A stretch of 32,159 nucleotides of DNA from a virus (lineage: Duplodnaviria; Caudoviricetes). Location: IMG/VR virus record IMGVR_UViG_3300017777_002263, positions 1 through 32,159 of that record; one strand, 5' to 3'. This document shows, piece by piece, positions 16,326-26,469 of this stretch (the first letter of the stretch is position 1; the number at the start of each line of letters is the position of its first letter). Under the pieces are notes generated by a model, which made no database searches, was not told the DNA's origin, and saw nothing but the letters and a program-made list of their open reading frames with translations. Position numbers and translations under genes: made by a program.

Positions 16326-18950
16326 TTAAGTATCCCATTTAATCACAATATTAATAGGAATTTCACCGGTATTTTTAATTGGTTGTGCTAATTTAGCTAT
16401 AGCAACCAATTCGGCACCACTATATAATCCAACTGTTGTAATGTACGGCGCTAGATATGATCCAGTGGGATCCAATGAACTACTATAGTTATATCCAAAG
16501 AATTCTTGTTTTACTAATTTTTTGTTTGATTTTCCTGTTTTTTCATTCAAGAACGAAATCATATCATCGTAATTATTACGGCGTGATCTTGGATTCAAAT
16601 AATTCTGATAATTGTTTATTGTAAAATCTTGAATAAAATATTTCCATATGGCCGATCCATCTTGATAATTAGCTGTGCCATCACCATTAACATCGAAATT
16701 TAAAGAACTACATTTAGATTTTAACTCATTTGTCAATCTATTTGATTCGTAGTCATAATAAGATGAACTATAAAAATTAAATATAGACTCATCTATATCA
16801 CCTGATACAAAATTATCCCACCATTTCTCAGAATTATTAACTGTAATTCGGGTATTAATATATCTTAAGATTATATCTAAATTATCAAAATTAAAAATAT
16901 CTGTATTAATCACTCCATAATCAAACATAGATGATGTAATTGCGGTTGGATTAGTAGATACATTAAATTCTCCTGGCTCTATAGTACAAATATATTGTTT
17001 TTCATGCAATGTTATTTGACTGTTATATTTCATGTATAAGTACGTGTTATTAAAATCTGTTGGATCAAGCGTTAGATTATTTAACACACTGCCTGTATTA
17101 TTAATTATTAACTTATTAGTGTTATAAAATATATTACCGACATTAAAATTTGTTTGTAAATCGGACATATTATAAATGTATGATTTTCCAAATATTTTAC
17201 TAGCTGCATATGCGTATTCACCTTGTTCATCAGCAAACACTATCAAATTGTCGCATGCACCTGAAAAAGCACCTGAAATGGGTCCGCCATTACAACTTAG
17301 ACAATCTTCCATCTGTAGATACACAAAACTAGATGTTATAATACAATCTTCACTTTGATATGATGATGTAAGACGATATCCATTCAACACACTTCCAGAT
17401 TCAGTTATTAATGGAGCTGATAAATAAAAGTCTTCATTTAGTGGAATAGGAGCTCCTATTACTAAATTTGTATCTGATAAAGATACTGAATATCCATAAG
17501 CTGTAAATGGTTTGCCAATTTCTTTTCTTTTAGATATAGGATCCGTAGTCATCTGTCTTACTACAGATCCTGTCACTACGTAAAGTAGCGTTTGTCCGCA
17601 ATACGTAGATTCTCCGAAATCATACTGATTGAAAGTTAAATCATAATAATTTATCGAACTGGAAATGAATAATGAACTAAATGGGAAATATGGTTTTGGA
17701 GAACCAATTAATATTTTTTTATCAAAAGTAGATACAGAATATCCAAATAAATTATCTTTAAATGTTACATCGTCTCCATACAATTTTGTTATAAGTTGAA
17801 ATCCACAATTAACGTCAGCTGGACACTGTTGATTATTATATACATAAACAGATCCACGTTGTCTTAAAGTTTTCGATCCAGAGTACTCCCAATAAACCAA
17901 ATCATTTGGGGCGCCTACAGCTAGAGTTGTATCATATAATGATACCGCATATCCATATCTAGTATTAATTTGACTTCCACTTGGAATTAATTCAAAGTTC
18001 GTATTTTGAATAGTATAATATTGTGAACTTGTATTTTGAGATAATACCTGACTTAATTTCCAATTATTTAAAGATCCAGAATTAAAAAATAAATAAACAT
18101 TGGATTGAGATAGTTGATTGCTTCCAACTACCAATGTTTCTTCAGTTTTTTTATCTAAAGAAATTGAATACCCAAACCCATATTGATGTGGGTAGTTAAT
18201 AACACTACACGTTAATATTTGTTGAAAAGAATAGGTACAATCAGCATCTGTATATTTATATATATAAACAGCTCCTCGACCGTTGTTGTAATTAGGCGAT
18301 CCAACTGCTAAGTAGTTATTGGTAATGGATACAGAACTACCAAATTTTTTTAAAATGGATCCTGTAATAGAACAAATTGGAATATCGCTTATATTGTATT
18401 GATCGACGGATATAGAGTTCCCCGCAGAACTAGGAATAATACCTTTTGTATTATCAAACGTATAGTTTGGATTAATTTTGAATATATCTACACAGGCGAA
18501 ATTATTTGTATGTCCTAGATAATAACTTGATGACACTGATGTGTCTCCCACTGCCAAAAAATATGTAGATAAATCAATGGCCGATCCATAATTGGATTGA
18601 TTTACTTTTATATTGTCGGCTTCTACGATAATGAAATTGCAATTTGATAAAGAATCATTTACAGAACCACTTTCAATTATCAGAGAAGCTGTTAATGCAG
18701 CGCTGGAACTTTGTTCTGTGTAGTAAGTCGCTAAATTTCCATTTTCTGGAAAAATCGTTTTCTTTAATATTTTAGAAACCGAGTAATTTGTTTTAAAACT
18801 GTCTTTTTTAATCAAAAAAACCTGACCAACTTTACTAAAGCCTTCGCATGATGTGTATGTGTCAGACGGTGGATTTCCTATAGCGACAAGATTGCCATTG
18901 GTCACTACTACACTACCATAATTCTGATTATATATATTTTCCAAATTCAT
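16326..18950 (-). CDS. Virion/baseplate-associated protein with FG-GAP beta-propeller repeats, a dockerin/EF-hand-like loop and a conserved C-terminal virion domain
   Basis: Repeats include FGSSVSITNNYLAVGSP, FGYSISLD..LVVGS, YGYAVSLYDTTLAVGAP, FGYSVSTFDKKILIGSP and YGYSVSLSDTNLVIGAP. Loop DVNGDGTANYQD. C-terminus YITTVGLY..ELVAIAKLAQPI is shared with 19741..20850. Confidence 0.75.
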   Translation of the reverse strand: MNLENIYNQNYGSVVVTNGNLVAIGNPPSDTYTSCEGFSKVGQVFLIKKDSFKTNYSVSKILKKTIFPENGNLATYYTEQSSSAALTASLIIESGSVNDSLSNCNFIIVEADNIKVNQSNYGSAIDLSTYFLAVGDTSVSSSYYLGHTNNFACVDIFKINPNYTFDNTKGIIPSSAGNSISVDQYNISDIPICSITGSILKKFGSSVSITNNYLAVGSPNYNNGRGAVYIYKYTDADCTYSFQQILTCSVINYPHQYGFGYSISLDKKTEETLVVGSNQLSQSNVYLFFNSGSLNNWKLSQVLSQNTSSQYYTIQNTNFELIPSGSQINTRYGYAVSLYDTTLAVGAPNDLVYWEYSGSKTLRQRGSVYVYNNQQCPADVNCGFQLITKLYGDDVTFKDNLFGYSVSTFDKKILIGSPKPYFPFSSLFISSSINYYDLTFNQYDFGESTYCGQTLLYVVTGSVVRQMTTDPISKRKEIGKPFTAYGYSVSLSDTNLVIGAPIPLNEDFYLSAPLITESGSVLNGYRLTSSYQSEDCIITSSFVYLQMEDCLSCNGGPISGAFSGACDNLIVFADEQGEYAYAASKIFGKSYIYNMSDLQTNFNVGNIFYNTNKLIINNTGSVLNNLTLDPTDFNNTYLYMKYNSQITLHEKQYICTIEPGEFNVSTNPTAITSSMFDYGVINTDIFNFDNLDIILRYINTRITVNNSEKWWDNFVSGDIDESIFNFYSSSYYDYESNRLTNELKSKCSSLNFDVNGDGTANYQDGSAIWKYFIQDFTINNYQNYLNPRSRRNNYDDMISFLNEKTGKSNKKLVKQEFFGYNYSSSLDPTGSYLAPYITTVGLYSGAELVAIAKLAQPIKNTGEIPINIVIKWDT

Positions 18951-18961
18951 ACTCTATATAC

Positions 18962-19705
18962 TTATGTAGATATCGACCCATAATACAAATATTGTCCTAA
19001 ACCTGTTATTCCATAATTAACTACGCTATTAGTATCAGTTGTATAAACTTCAAAATCACTAATAAAATATGATCCGGACAAATATAAATTGTTTATACCA
19101 TCGTCTAAAATATTACCAACTATATCACCTGTTTGATTATTAATTACTACACTAAAAGGACTAATTTTGTCACCACTCTGTGTCACATTTAATGTATAAC
19201 TTATAAATTTATCATCCAAATTTAACTTAGCTTTAGATGTATCATATCCATCAAATCCAAAAATATTATATGAGTTATTATAATTATTATAATACATGTT
19301 TTTTATCGTATTATAAACCTGTCCTTGATAAGTGCCATCTAAATTGATTGGATTAGTTTCATCATTATAATGAATATTATCGACTGGATAAAATACTGAT
19401 CCAGTTGGAATCTTTAACCCAAGTTGAAACAGTGGATTATTTGGATCTTTTATCGGAGAACAAGCCAAGAAACCATTAGAATTAATTAATGATGACGTAC
19501 AACTATCATTGTTAACCGTAGCAAATGATCCTGTATCTAAATAATTAAAATTATAATCACATTCGGCTATGGGAATCACCAATGGGAAATTATACGTACC
19601 ATCACTTAGTAGTAACAAATCAGAAAAGATGTTATTAGCGACTTTAGTCTTTGCTACCGAAAATGTAGTAACTTGTATGTCTTGATTTTTGAGAAATTTA
19701 ATCAT
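18962..19705 (-). CDS. Putative virion structural protein, similar to the central part of 19741..20850
   Basis: GDKISPFSVVIN...ILDDG resembles QDQIDPGQIQLN...YIDDS; located within the structural module. Confidence 0.6.
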   Translation of the reverse strand: MIKFLKNQDIQVTTFSVAKTKVANNIFSDLLLLSDGTYNFPLVIPIAECDYNFNYLDTGSFATVNNDSCTSSLINSNGFLACSPIKDPNNPLFQLGLKIPTGSVFYPVDNIHYNDETNPINLDGTYQGQVYNTIKNMYYNNYNNSYNIFGFDGYDTSKAKLNLDDKFISYTLNVTQSGDKISPFSVVINNQTGDIVGNILDDGINNLYLSGSYFISDFEVYTTDTNSVVNYGITGLGQYLYYGSIST

Positions 19706-19740
19706 CCCAATATAAATAGGAAGATTTAAAAGTATTTAGA

Positions 19741-20850
19741 TTAAAAATCAATACGACACTTAATCAACAATTCATTATCAAATGATTTTTGTGTAGGTCT
19801 ACTTAGTTTACCTACAGCTAATAGTTCGTTATTAGAATCATATAATCCAATTGTGGTAATATAAGTACGAGGATTACTAATAAGTGCTGGATATATAATA
19901 GTACCTTTAGTTTGACCGTCAGTACCATCTGATACAAATGTTGGATTGTTACTGTAATTGAATTCTTTATTTTTTACTCTGATGAAGTAATTGGTAGATG
20001 GTACAAATTCTGATTTGCGAATCGCCATATTCTTATTTGAATTTTTTATACTCAAATAGAATTTACGTATCCAATTTCTCCAATAACTCTTCCAGTTAGT
20101 TGAATTTTGATTTGAATTTCTAGTACTAGTAATTTCCGGAGGATTTCCGGTAATACCAACTTTTGCATCTAACTTTAATGCGTTCAATATAACTACTCCA
20201 TTTGTAGGATAAAATAAACCGATTCCGCCATAAACAGCGGATACGGTTCCACCTTTAGTGTATGGAGTTGGAACTCCGTTAATAATAGATCCTGAAATCA
20301 AGTTATAAACATTTTGTTGTGTATTAATAACTTGGGAATCGTCGATATATGAGAATTGACCTAAAGCGCCAGTGAAATTTAATTGAATTTGGCCTGGATC
20401 AATTTGATCTTGGAATTTATCAGCTACATAGTTTAGTACAAAGATTGCGGAACTGTCGGTTGGTGAATCAACACTGCCAGACGCAAAGCTAAAGAATGTA
20501 TCGCCTGGTTGTAAAAGTGTGTTTTTATATTGTGTATATATAATTTTAGTTTCGTTTGTATACACGGATGCTGAAGATTGACCCGACCAATCAAAATAAC
20601 TACTACCTGAATTATAATAATCTCCATAAGCAGCGGCAAAATATTGATCGCCTCCACTATATATATCAATATAATATTGTGCATTTCTTACGTCAAATGG
20701 ACCAGATCCTGTCATGACGTTTGCTTGGGCGGATGAAGTTACAAATGATGATTGTGCTACTGTCAAACTACCAGTACCAAACATGCCCGATGATACCTGG
20801 TTAATTCTTCCTGCTACTACGTCGTCTGGAGTAAATGGTGTGAATATCAT
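19741..20850 (-). CDS. Putative baseplate-associated virion structural protein
   Basis: 369 aa, S/T/N-rich. EFNYSNNPTF and YITTIGLYDSNNELLAVGKLSRP recall the GLY/FD..L motif of tail-fibre attachment domains. Confidence 0.65.
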   Translation of the reverse strand: MIFTPFTPDDVVAGRINQVSSGMFGTGSLTVAQSSFVTSSAQANVMTGSGPFDVRNAQYYIDIYSGGDQYFAAAYGDYYNSGSSYFDWSGQSSASVYTNETKIIYTQYKNTLLQPGDTFFSFASGSVDSPTDSSAIFVLNYVADKFQDQIDPGQIQLNFTGALGQFSYIDDSQVINTQQNVYNLISGSIINGVPTPYTKGGTVSAVYGGIGLFYPTNGVVILNALKLDAKVGITGNPPEITSTRNSNQNSTNWKSYWRNWIRKFYLSIKNSNKNMAIRKSEFVPSTNYFIRVKNKEFNYSNNPTFVSDGTDGQTKGTIIYPALISNPRTYITTIGLYDSNNELLAVGKLSRPTQKSFDNELLIKCRIDF

Positions 20851-20856
20851 ATATTA

Positions 20857-21498
20857 TTAATTTGTGGTAGAAACACTGACAGTTACATTGATTGAAGTAC
20901 TTCCACCACTTTCATTGCCAATGATAGTAATATTAGTTGTTGTTGTCTTAGACAAAGAACCATTTGGAATAAATCTAAACTTATTACCTATAACGACTTG
21001 TGAAGATTGTGATGCTAGATCACCTGTGAATGATGGAATCGTCGCGGATGTAGAATTCAAACTATTGGTTTCAGTGACTACTAAAGTGCCAACATTTTTA
21101 TTGGTCAAAATTGCTGTATATCCCAATGTCACATTATAAACTGGACTTGTATTTGGGATAATGTCAATTGCAGCTGAATAAGTACGTGGTACAGAAATCA
21201 ATGGCGGAGCAATACTAATAGTTGGTACCGATGTAACGCCATCATTCAAAGTGACCAACTTATATTTCATTGTCTGTGATTCATCCGTAATGGGTTCCAT
21301 AATTGGAGTGTTACGAATAGCTATATCGTAATAAGCACTGCCTAGTGGGTGAGTTGGATTAAATTGAGTATAATCAATTTCGTCATCAGCTAAAGCGAAA
21401 GCTGTAATGTTCAATCCACCTGTTTTTGCTAATACTTCTCGACCTTTTTTTGTCAGTATCGCGTTAACAGTCAGAACGTTGTTATTAAGGTATGCCAT
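20857..21498 (-). CDS. Putative virion structural protein (baseplate/tail-collar-like)
   Basis: N-terminus AILTKKGREVLA...LNITAFALADDEIDY; beta-rich C-terminus; structural gene context. Confidence 0.6.
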   Translation of the reverse strand: MAYLNNNVLTVNAILTKKGREVLAKTGGLNITAFALADDEIDYTQFNPTHPLGSAYYDIAIRNTPIMEPITDESQTMKYKLVTLNDGVTSVPTISIAPPLISVPRTYSAAIDIIPNTSPVYNVTLGYTAILTNKNVGTLVVTETNSLNSTSATIPSFTGDLASQSSQVVIGNKFRFIPNGSLSKTTTTNITIIGNESGGSTSINVTVSVSTTN

Positions 21499-21507
21499 AT
21501 GTAAATA

Positions 21508-21536
21508 ATTATCAAGTGTTTTTAGTTTTTAATCAA
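21508..21536 (-). promoter_or_regulatory. Candidate promoter upstream of 20857..21498
   Basis: Minus strand TTGATT, 17-nt spacer, GATAAT, 9 nt before the ATG. It overlaps a TAATTAT motif. Confidence 0.35.
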
Positions 21537-21544
21537 AAATTATA

Positions 21545-24500
21545 TTATAAATTCATAATGTACATGTTCATACTAGCACTTGCACATGTGGAGCATGTTA
21601 ATGGTTGTTGTATAAACAGACTATTTGGCGAGTCAATTGAACCAGTTAGTATCCCATATTTAGGGAAATTATCACTTTCCATATCAACCGCCAAGTATCC
21701 AGGTATCGTTATAATAGGAGAAGATCCATTTGGTAATCCTTTTCGATTTACGGTTGTAGTAAAATCATTTTTACCTTTTGTATAAGTATAGTATGACACT
21801 TTACCAGAAGATAAAGTTTTTACTCCATTTTTTACAGTATAATATGATCCTGAAATAGCTTGACATTTTAATCTACTACCGACTCGGACAAATTTACTTA
21901 AATGTCTTTGTGAATAACCACTATTCATATCTCCATAGTAAATATTCTTAAGAGATTTACTACCTGTAATTTGATTGTTTAAATTACCAGATCCAGATCC
22001 AATCGTCTGTATCGTGTAGTAACTTGACGTAAATGTTACAATAGATCCTGTATTATTGTGAGACTGATAATAATCATTCTCAGAATAATTTATTGTATTT
22101 CGTACATTATATCCATTCTTATCTACAAATATATATTTTCCATATTTAACAAATATAAAATCTCTGTCATCAACTCTATCTTTAATTTCAAATCTTGAAA
22201 AATTATATGTATCACGATCCGTATCAATTCCATTTACAGATTCAATGTTTATTACTGTATTGCTTGAGGAATTAACTGTATCTATCAATGATGATAAGAA
22301 TGTTGGTTTAATTTCATAAGACATTAAACTTGATGTTGTATTTGCGTCTATCGGTAAAAATGTAGCGTCTTTATAATTAAATTTTACACGTTCGAATATT
22401 GAAGGTTCTAATAACAAACCGGTCTTTAAAGTAGCACGACTTGGTGTTAATTTTTTAACAAAATCAAATATAGAAAAATCAATGTAAAATTTATAAGTAC
22501 TATAATATTCTTGTGGGTATATATATTTCTTATTTGAAGCTGCAAATTCGGTCTGTCTTAGTTTTAATTCAGGATAATTTCTCGATGTCAAATATTTAGG
22601 ATCACCGATAATATCAGATATGCCTTCTTTTCCTAAAAAGTCTTCTATATTTTCATTTAAGTATCTATATGGCGAAATATAATATCCAACTAAATTAGAA
22701 TCACTACCAATAATATCATTTGTGTATGTGGAATATTCATATGGCAATAAATTAGAACTTACAATTTGAGAAATTTTATTAATATTAGCATTAAATTTGT
22801 AATTTGGGCCAAATCTGTTTGAGTTTGTAGACTGTTTGACATTAAATTTCTCAAATTGATATGGGAAAATATCGGCTGATATTGAATCGCAATATGGTGC
22901 TCCTCGTTGTATGGTATTTTGATTAAAATTATAAGTGTAAAATTTACTATTATATCTGTTATTCTGATTAGGAACACTAGCTGGATTACCATATAAATTT
23001 ACAGGAGTATCAAAACTCCATAAATAATACATATTTTCATATACCAACGACTTTTCCGTGATAGAAATAGAATTTAAGTTATAAGAGTGTTCTTGGAAAT
23101 CGTCATCACTTAATGCATATTTTTGTACTTTAATTTTATCAATATTTCCATAGAACTGCATTGACGATGAAAAGTTTCCTACATAATAACTTCCAGACGA
23201 GAAATATTGATTTTGATCATACAATATTGTTTTGGTTTTTTTATCTGTAAAATTCAATAAACTTCCGTAATATTGATTAACACTTAAAGTATATGTATGT
23301 GGTACATATTTATCCGCTGCGGATGAAGTTAACGATTGAGTTTGATTATATAATTGCGATATAACAGGTAAAGAATCAAATCTAATATTTTCATTTGGTT
23401 GCTTTCTCAACATTAGTGTATAAAAATCGCCATTAAAATAAGGCATTTCGATGCTTTCTACACTAGACGTGATTATTGTAGAACCAATAGGACACATTTC
23501 AAAGACTAACTTTGCTGATTCTCTTTGTTTTGTCTTATACAAATAAATTTGCCAATCTAATTTATTAGATCTTGTTTTTTTAATCAACGGAATCTTATCT
23601 TTATAATTGTATTTATTCCATTCATTTGATCGGAAAGACAGTTCTACAGTTGAAACTCCTGTAAATTCTTCGATTATTGATCTAGTTAATTGAGTTGGTG
23701 GATACGCACTTCCACTAGTGTATTGTTGTGTTGCAAAATATTTATATTCGCTTCCCGTAAAATTGAATTTTACAAATTGATTGTCTTCATATTTAGTAGC
23801 GTAAATTATATCATCAAACTCATAATATGATTGTTTGTTTATCAACACATTTGGGCTACTATATTCGACTACATTTATTAAATCAGAAGATATTCCGAAA
23901 ATTGAACGAATCAAATTAAATGATGTGGATGTACCTTTAGTTTTGTATATATAATTTAGATTATTTGTTATTCTGTTGAATATAGACTTAGCATAATCAA
24001 AGTAAGACGATGATAAACTTCCGGTCATCTGTGTGTTATTAAACAATAATTGAGTTACATCACTTTTATTAAATTTAAAATTAGTTACATCCCAGTTAAA
24101 ATTATTTAAAAGTTCTTCTATATAATTTTTTGGATAACTATTGTTATCATCCCAATTAATAGGATATGATTTTGGAAACTTCTTAATAAATACTAAAATG
24201 TTATCAAAGAAATGACCAGTCATAGCAGTGAACTTTATATAATCAGCGTTTGATTCATCCGTTTTAATATATTCAGGCAATTGATAAAATAGGGAATTGT
24301 AATTACTTTTGTCAAAGCTTATACCATCTTCTATTTTTTGATCTATACTGGATGTAGAATAAAATAAATAAGATTCGTATTCGTCAAAACTATCCAATAA
24401 TAATATCTGTTCATCGATAATTCTGGTTATATCATTGGAATATGATGCCGATATTGAAATATTAGATGATGACGAAGTTTGATTTTTAATTTGATTCTTG

Positions 24501-25993
24501 GAAGTCTCATAAGAACCGTATTTAGAAATTTTACTTTTAGCTATTTTTGATCTTAATTCAGCCGATGAAAAATTTATAAAATTACTAAAATCGGTATAAT
24601 TAATTAGTAAATCATTTATTTTTTGTTGAACACGTGTCTTAGCAGCAAATAATGTATTGTTATCTAAAGATTTAAATCTATCGTTTGTTGGATTTACAGA
24701 CGGGGTTACTACTGTAAAATTAACACCATTTAAATAAACTTTTCGTGAAACTGGTGCCGTGTAAAGATTAACTTTAAAATATAAAGGTAATAATGAAATA
24801 TTGGAAATCCAACATGTGTCTTTTAAAGTGTATTGTGATGGAAGCGGACTATCTAATTTAATTTGAACATTTATACGCCCATCAACTGTATTTAAATAAC
24901 TTGTATGTGTTAATATTTTAACTAAATTACCACCATCAAAATTCAATGCATTTTTATAATAACCATAAAACTTTTGACTATAATTATTTAAAAGTTCGCC
25001 TATCTTTGGTTCTAACCAGTACTTATATACAATTTGTACAAATACGTTTACCGTTTCTACCAAGTCGTCATCTGTTAATGTCGTTCTTTGTAAGATTGCA
25101 TCTTGACTGACTTTAAAAGTTATTAAAGAAATCGCTTCCAAAATTTCATTATATGAAAACTCGACATTATTATAGCTATAAACAAAATTCTTTATTTGTT
25201 CAGCTATACCTGAAAATTTTACATTTTGATTAATTACGGAATCTGGATCATTGGAAAGATTAACAATTTTATTATATCCAACATAAACTGAATTAATAAA
25301 TTCTTGCAATTCGGCCGCCGATTTAAATCCAAGATATTGTGCATATTTCAAATAATTAAAATTGGATGAATTTTCATTAAATGATTGGTCTATTGGGTTT
25401 CTATCTACTATAGGAACAATTTCATCTATCAGTTGTAAGAATGCAAATTTTTTATCAGCGAATGATGAAATTTTTACAGAATCCAATCTGTTAACTTCGT
25501 TCAAGTTTGGATTGAATGCGTAGGATAGTCTTAATTCCGTTCTACTAGGAGAAATTTCTTTGATGAATAATCTATTAGTAGTATTTCCCGCAATGTTTCG
25601 GATGGGATTATATAATGCGTAATATAGACCTGGATTTAATGCATTAAATTTAAAATCATACTGAGTGTGTAATAATAATTCATTGCCATACAAAGCATAA
25701 TTTGTAAATGGATTTGCTACTCTATATGAACGTTGTGCATTATTAACGTCTCTATAGGTTGACTGTACAATACTAAATGTTGTTTTTGGAATTATTCTGT
25801 CAAAAAGAATTGGTTCTTGATTGCTATTATAGATACTTAATTCAAATATATCATCATTCGTATCACCGAAAAAGTTTTCCGAATTCAAAACTTGTTGTTC
25901 GTATAAAGATTGTAAATTTTGAGGAAGATACGAAGCACTTACTATACCGTTAGTAAGATCAAGTTCATTAATTGTTAAATAGTCGTATGGCAT
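21545..25993 (-). CDS. Large baseplate wedge protein (T4 gp7 / P2 gpI-like core) with a LamG/ConA-like domain
   Basis: LFYQLPEYIK...GHFFD...NLNYIYKTKGTSTSFNLIRSIFGI...VVEY is a gp7/gpI-like KGT motif. YVG...FYGNIDKIKVQKYALS resembles a LamG motif. It lies downstream of the gp25 and gp6 homologues. Confidence 0.65.
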   Translation of the reverse strand: MPYDYLTINELDLTNGIVSASYLPQNLQSLYEQQVLNSENFFGDTNDDIFELSIYNSNQEPILFDRIIPKTTFSIVQSTYRDVNNAQRSYRVANPFTNYALYGNELLLHTQYDFKFNALNPGLYYALYNPIRNIAGNTTNRLFIKEISPSRTELRLSYAFNPNLNEVNRLDSVKISSFADKKFAFLQLIDEIVPIVDRNPIDQSFNENSSNFNYLKYAQYLGFKSAAELQEFINSVYVGYNKIVNLSNDPDSVINQNVKFSGIAEQIKNFVYSYNNVEFSYNEILEAISLITFKVSQDAILQRTTLTDDDLVETVNVFVQIVYKYWLEPKIGELLNNYSQKFYGYYKNALNFDGGNLVKILTHTSYLNTVDGRINVQIKLDSPLPSQYTLKDTCWISNISLLPLYFKVNLYTAPVSRKVYLNGVNFTVVTPSVNPTNDRFKSLDNNTLFAAKTRVQQKINDLLINYTDFSNFINFSSAELRSKIAKSKISKYGSYETSKNQIKNQTSSSSNISISASYSNDITRIIDEQILLLDSFDEYESYLFYSTSSIDQKIEDGISFDKSNYNSLFYQLPEYIKTDESNADYIKFTAMTGHFFDNILVFIKKFPKSYPINWDDNNSYPKNYIEELLNNFNWDVTNFKFNKSDVTQLLFNNTQMTGSLSSSYFDYAKSIFNRITNNLNYIYKTKGTSTSFNLIRSIFGISSDLINVVEYSSPNVLINKQSYYEFDDIIYATKYEDNQFVKFNFTGSEYKYFATQQYTSGSAYPPTQLTRSIIEEFTGVSTVELSFRSNEWNKYNYKDKIPLIKKTRSNKLDWQIYLYKTKQRESAKLVFEMCPIGSTIITSSVESIEMPYFNGDFYTLMLRKQPNENIRFDSLPVISQLYNQTQSLTSSAADKYVPHTYTLSVNQYYGSLLNFTDKKTKTILYDQNQYFSSGSYYVGNFSSSMQFYGNIDKIKVQKYALSDDDFQEHSYNLNSISITEKSLVYENMYYLWSFDTPVNLYGNPASVPNQNNRYNSKFYTYNFNQNTIQRGAPYCDSISADIFPYQFEKFNVKQSTNSNRFGPNYKFNANINKISQIVSSNLLPYEYSTYTNDIIGSDSNLVGYYISPYRYLNENIEDFLGKEGISDIIGDPKYLTSRNYPELKLRQTEFAASNKKYIYPQEYYSTYKFYIDFSIFDFVKKLTPSRATLKTGLLLEPSIFERVKFNYKDATFLPIDANTTSSLMSYEIKPTFLSSLIDTVNSSSNTVINIESVNGIDTDRDTYNFSRFEIKDRVDDRDFIFVKYGKYIFVDKNGYNVRNTINYSENDYYQSHNNTGSIVTFTSSYYTIQTIGSGSGNLNNQITGSKSLKNIYYGDMNSGYSQRHLSKFVRVGSRLKCQAISGSYYTVKNGVKTLSSGKVSYYTYTKGKNDFTTTVNRKGLPNGSSPIITIPGYLAVDMESDNFPKYGILTGSIDSPNSLFIQQPLTCSTCASASMNMYIMNL

Positions 25994-25994
25994 A

Positions 25995-26468
25995 TTATAC
26001 TAGTGGTAAAAACGGAAAATCGTCGCTGAAATCAGATGGAACTGATCCTTGACCTAACTGTATTCTGAGAGAAATAATAGTAGTTTTCAACGCATTGATA
26101 ACTTGTTTATCATCATTATTTTCATATTTTTCAACTAACGTGTTAACCGTCTGATTTAGAATTCTATTTTCTTCAATCAGATTGTTATATTGATTTAAAA
26201 CTTCATTTATATTACGTTTTTCTTCAATTTGTACAGTTTGAAGTTCTGTAAAATCCACTGTATTTGCGTCAATAATTTTTTGTTCATTGTAAATGAATGT
26301 TTTTAATGAAACTTTAACGTAATTAACGTTTCCATTAACAGATTGAGCCGGCGAAAATACTAATTGATAATTTCCAAAAGAATCAACGTTATTAGTAAAG
26401 TTTCCAAAATTTTTAAAACTGGAAACTTCATCTGTAGCTATGTCGTAATTTAATTGTATATCTGACAT
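25995..26468 (-). CDS. Hypothetical protein with C-terminal coiled coil, probably virion-associated
   Basis: 157 aa with heptads INEVLNQYNNLIEENRILNQTVNTLVE; tightly coupled to both neighbours. Confidence 0.7.
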   Translation of the reverse strand: MSDIQLNYDIATDEVSSFKNFGNFTNNVDSFGNYQLVFSPAQSVNGNVNYVKVSLKTFIYNEQKIIDANTVDFTELQTVQIEEKRNINEVLNQYNNLIEENRILNQTVNTLVEKYENNDDKQVINALKTTIISLRIQLGQGSVPSDFSDDFPFLPLV

Positions 26469-26469
26469 A

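Noticed and set aside
18951-18964. Stop read-through joining the 247-aa and 874-aa ORFs
   Set aside because: The 11-nt gap puts them out of frame and no obvious slippery heptamer is seen; fission is simpler.
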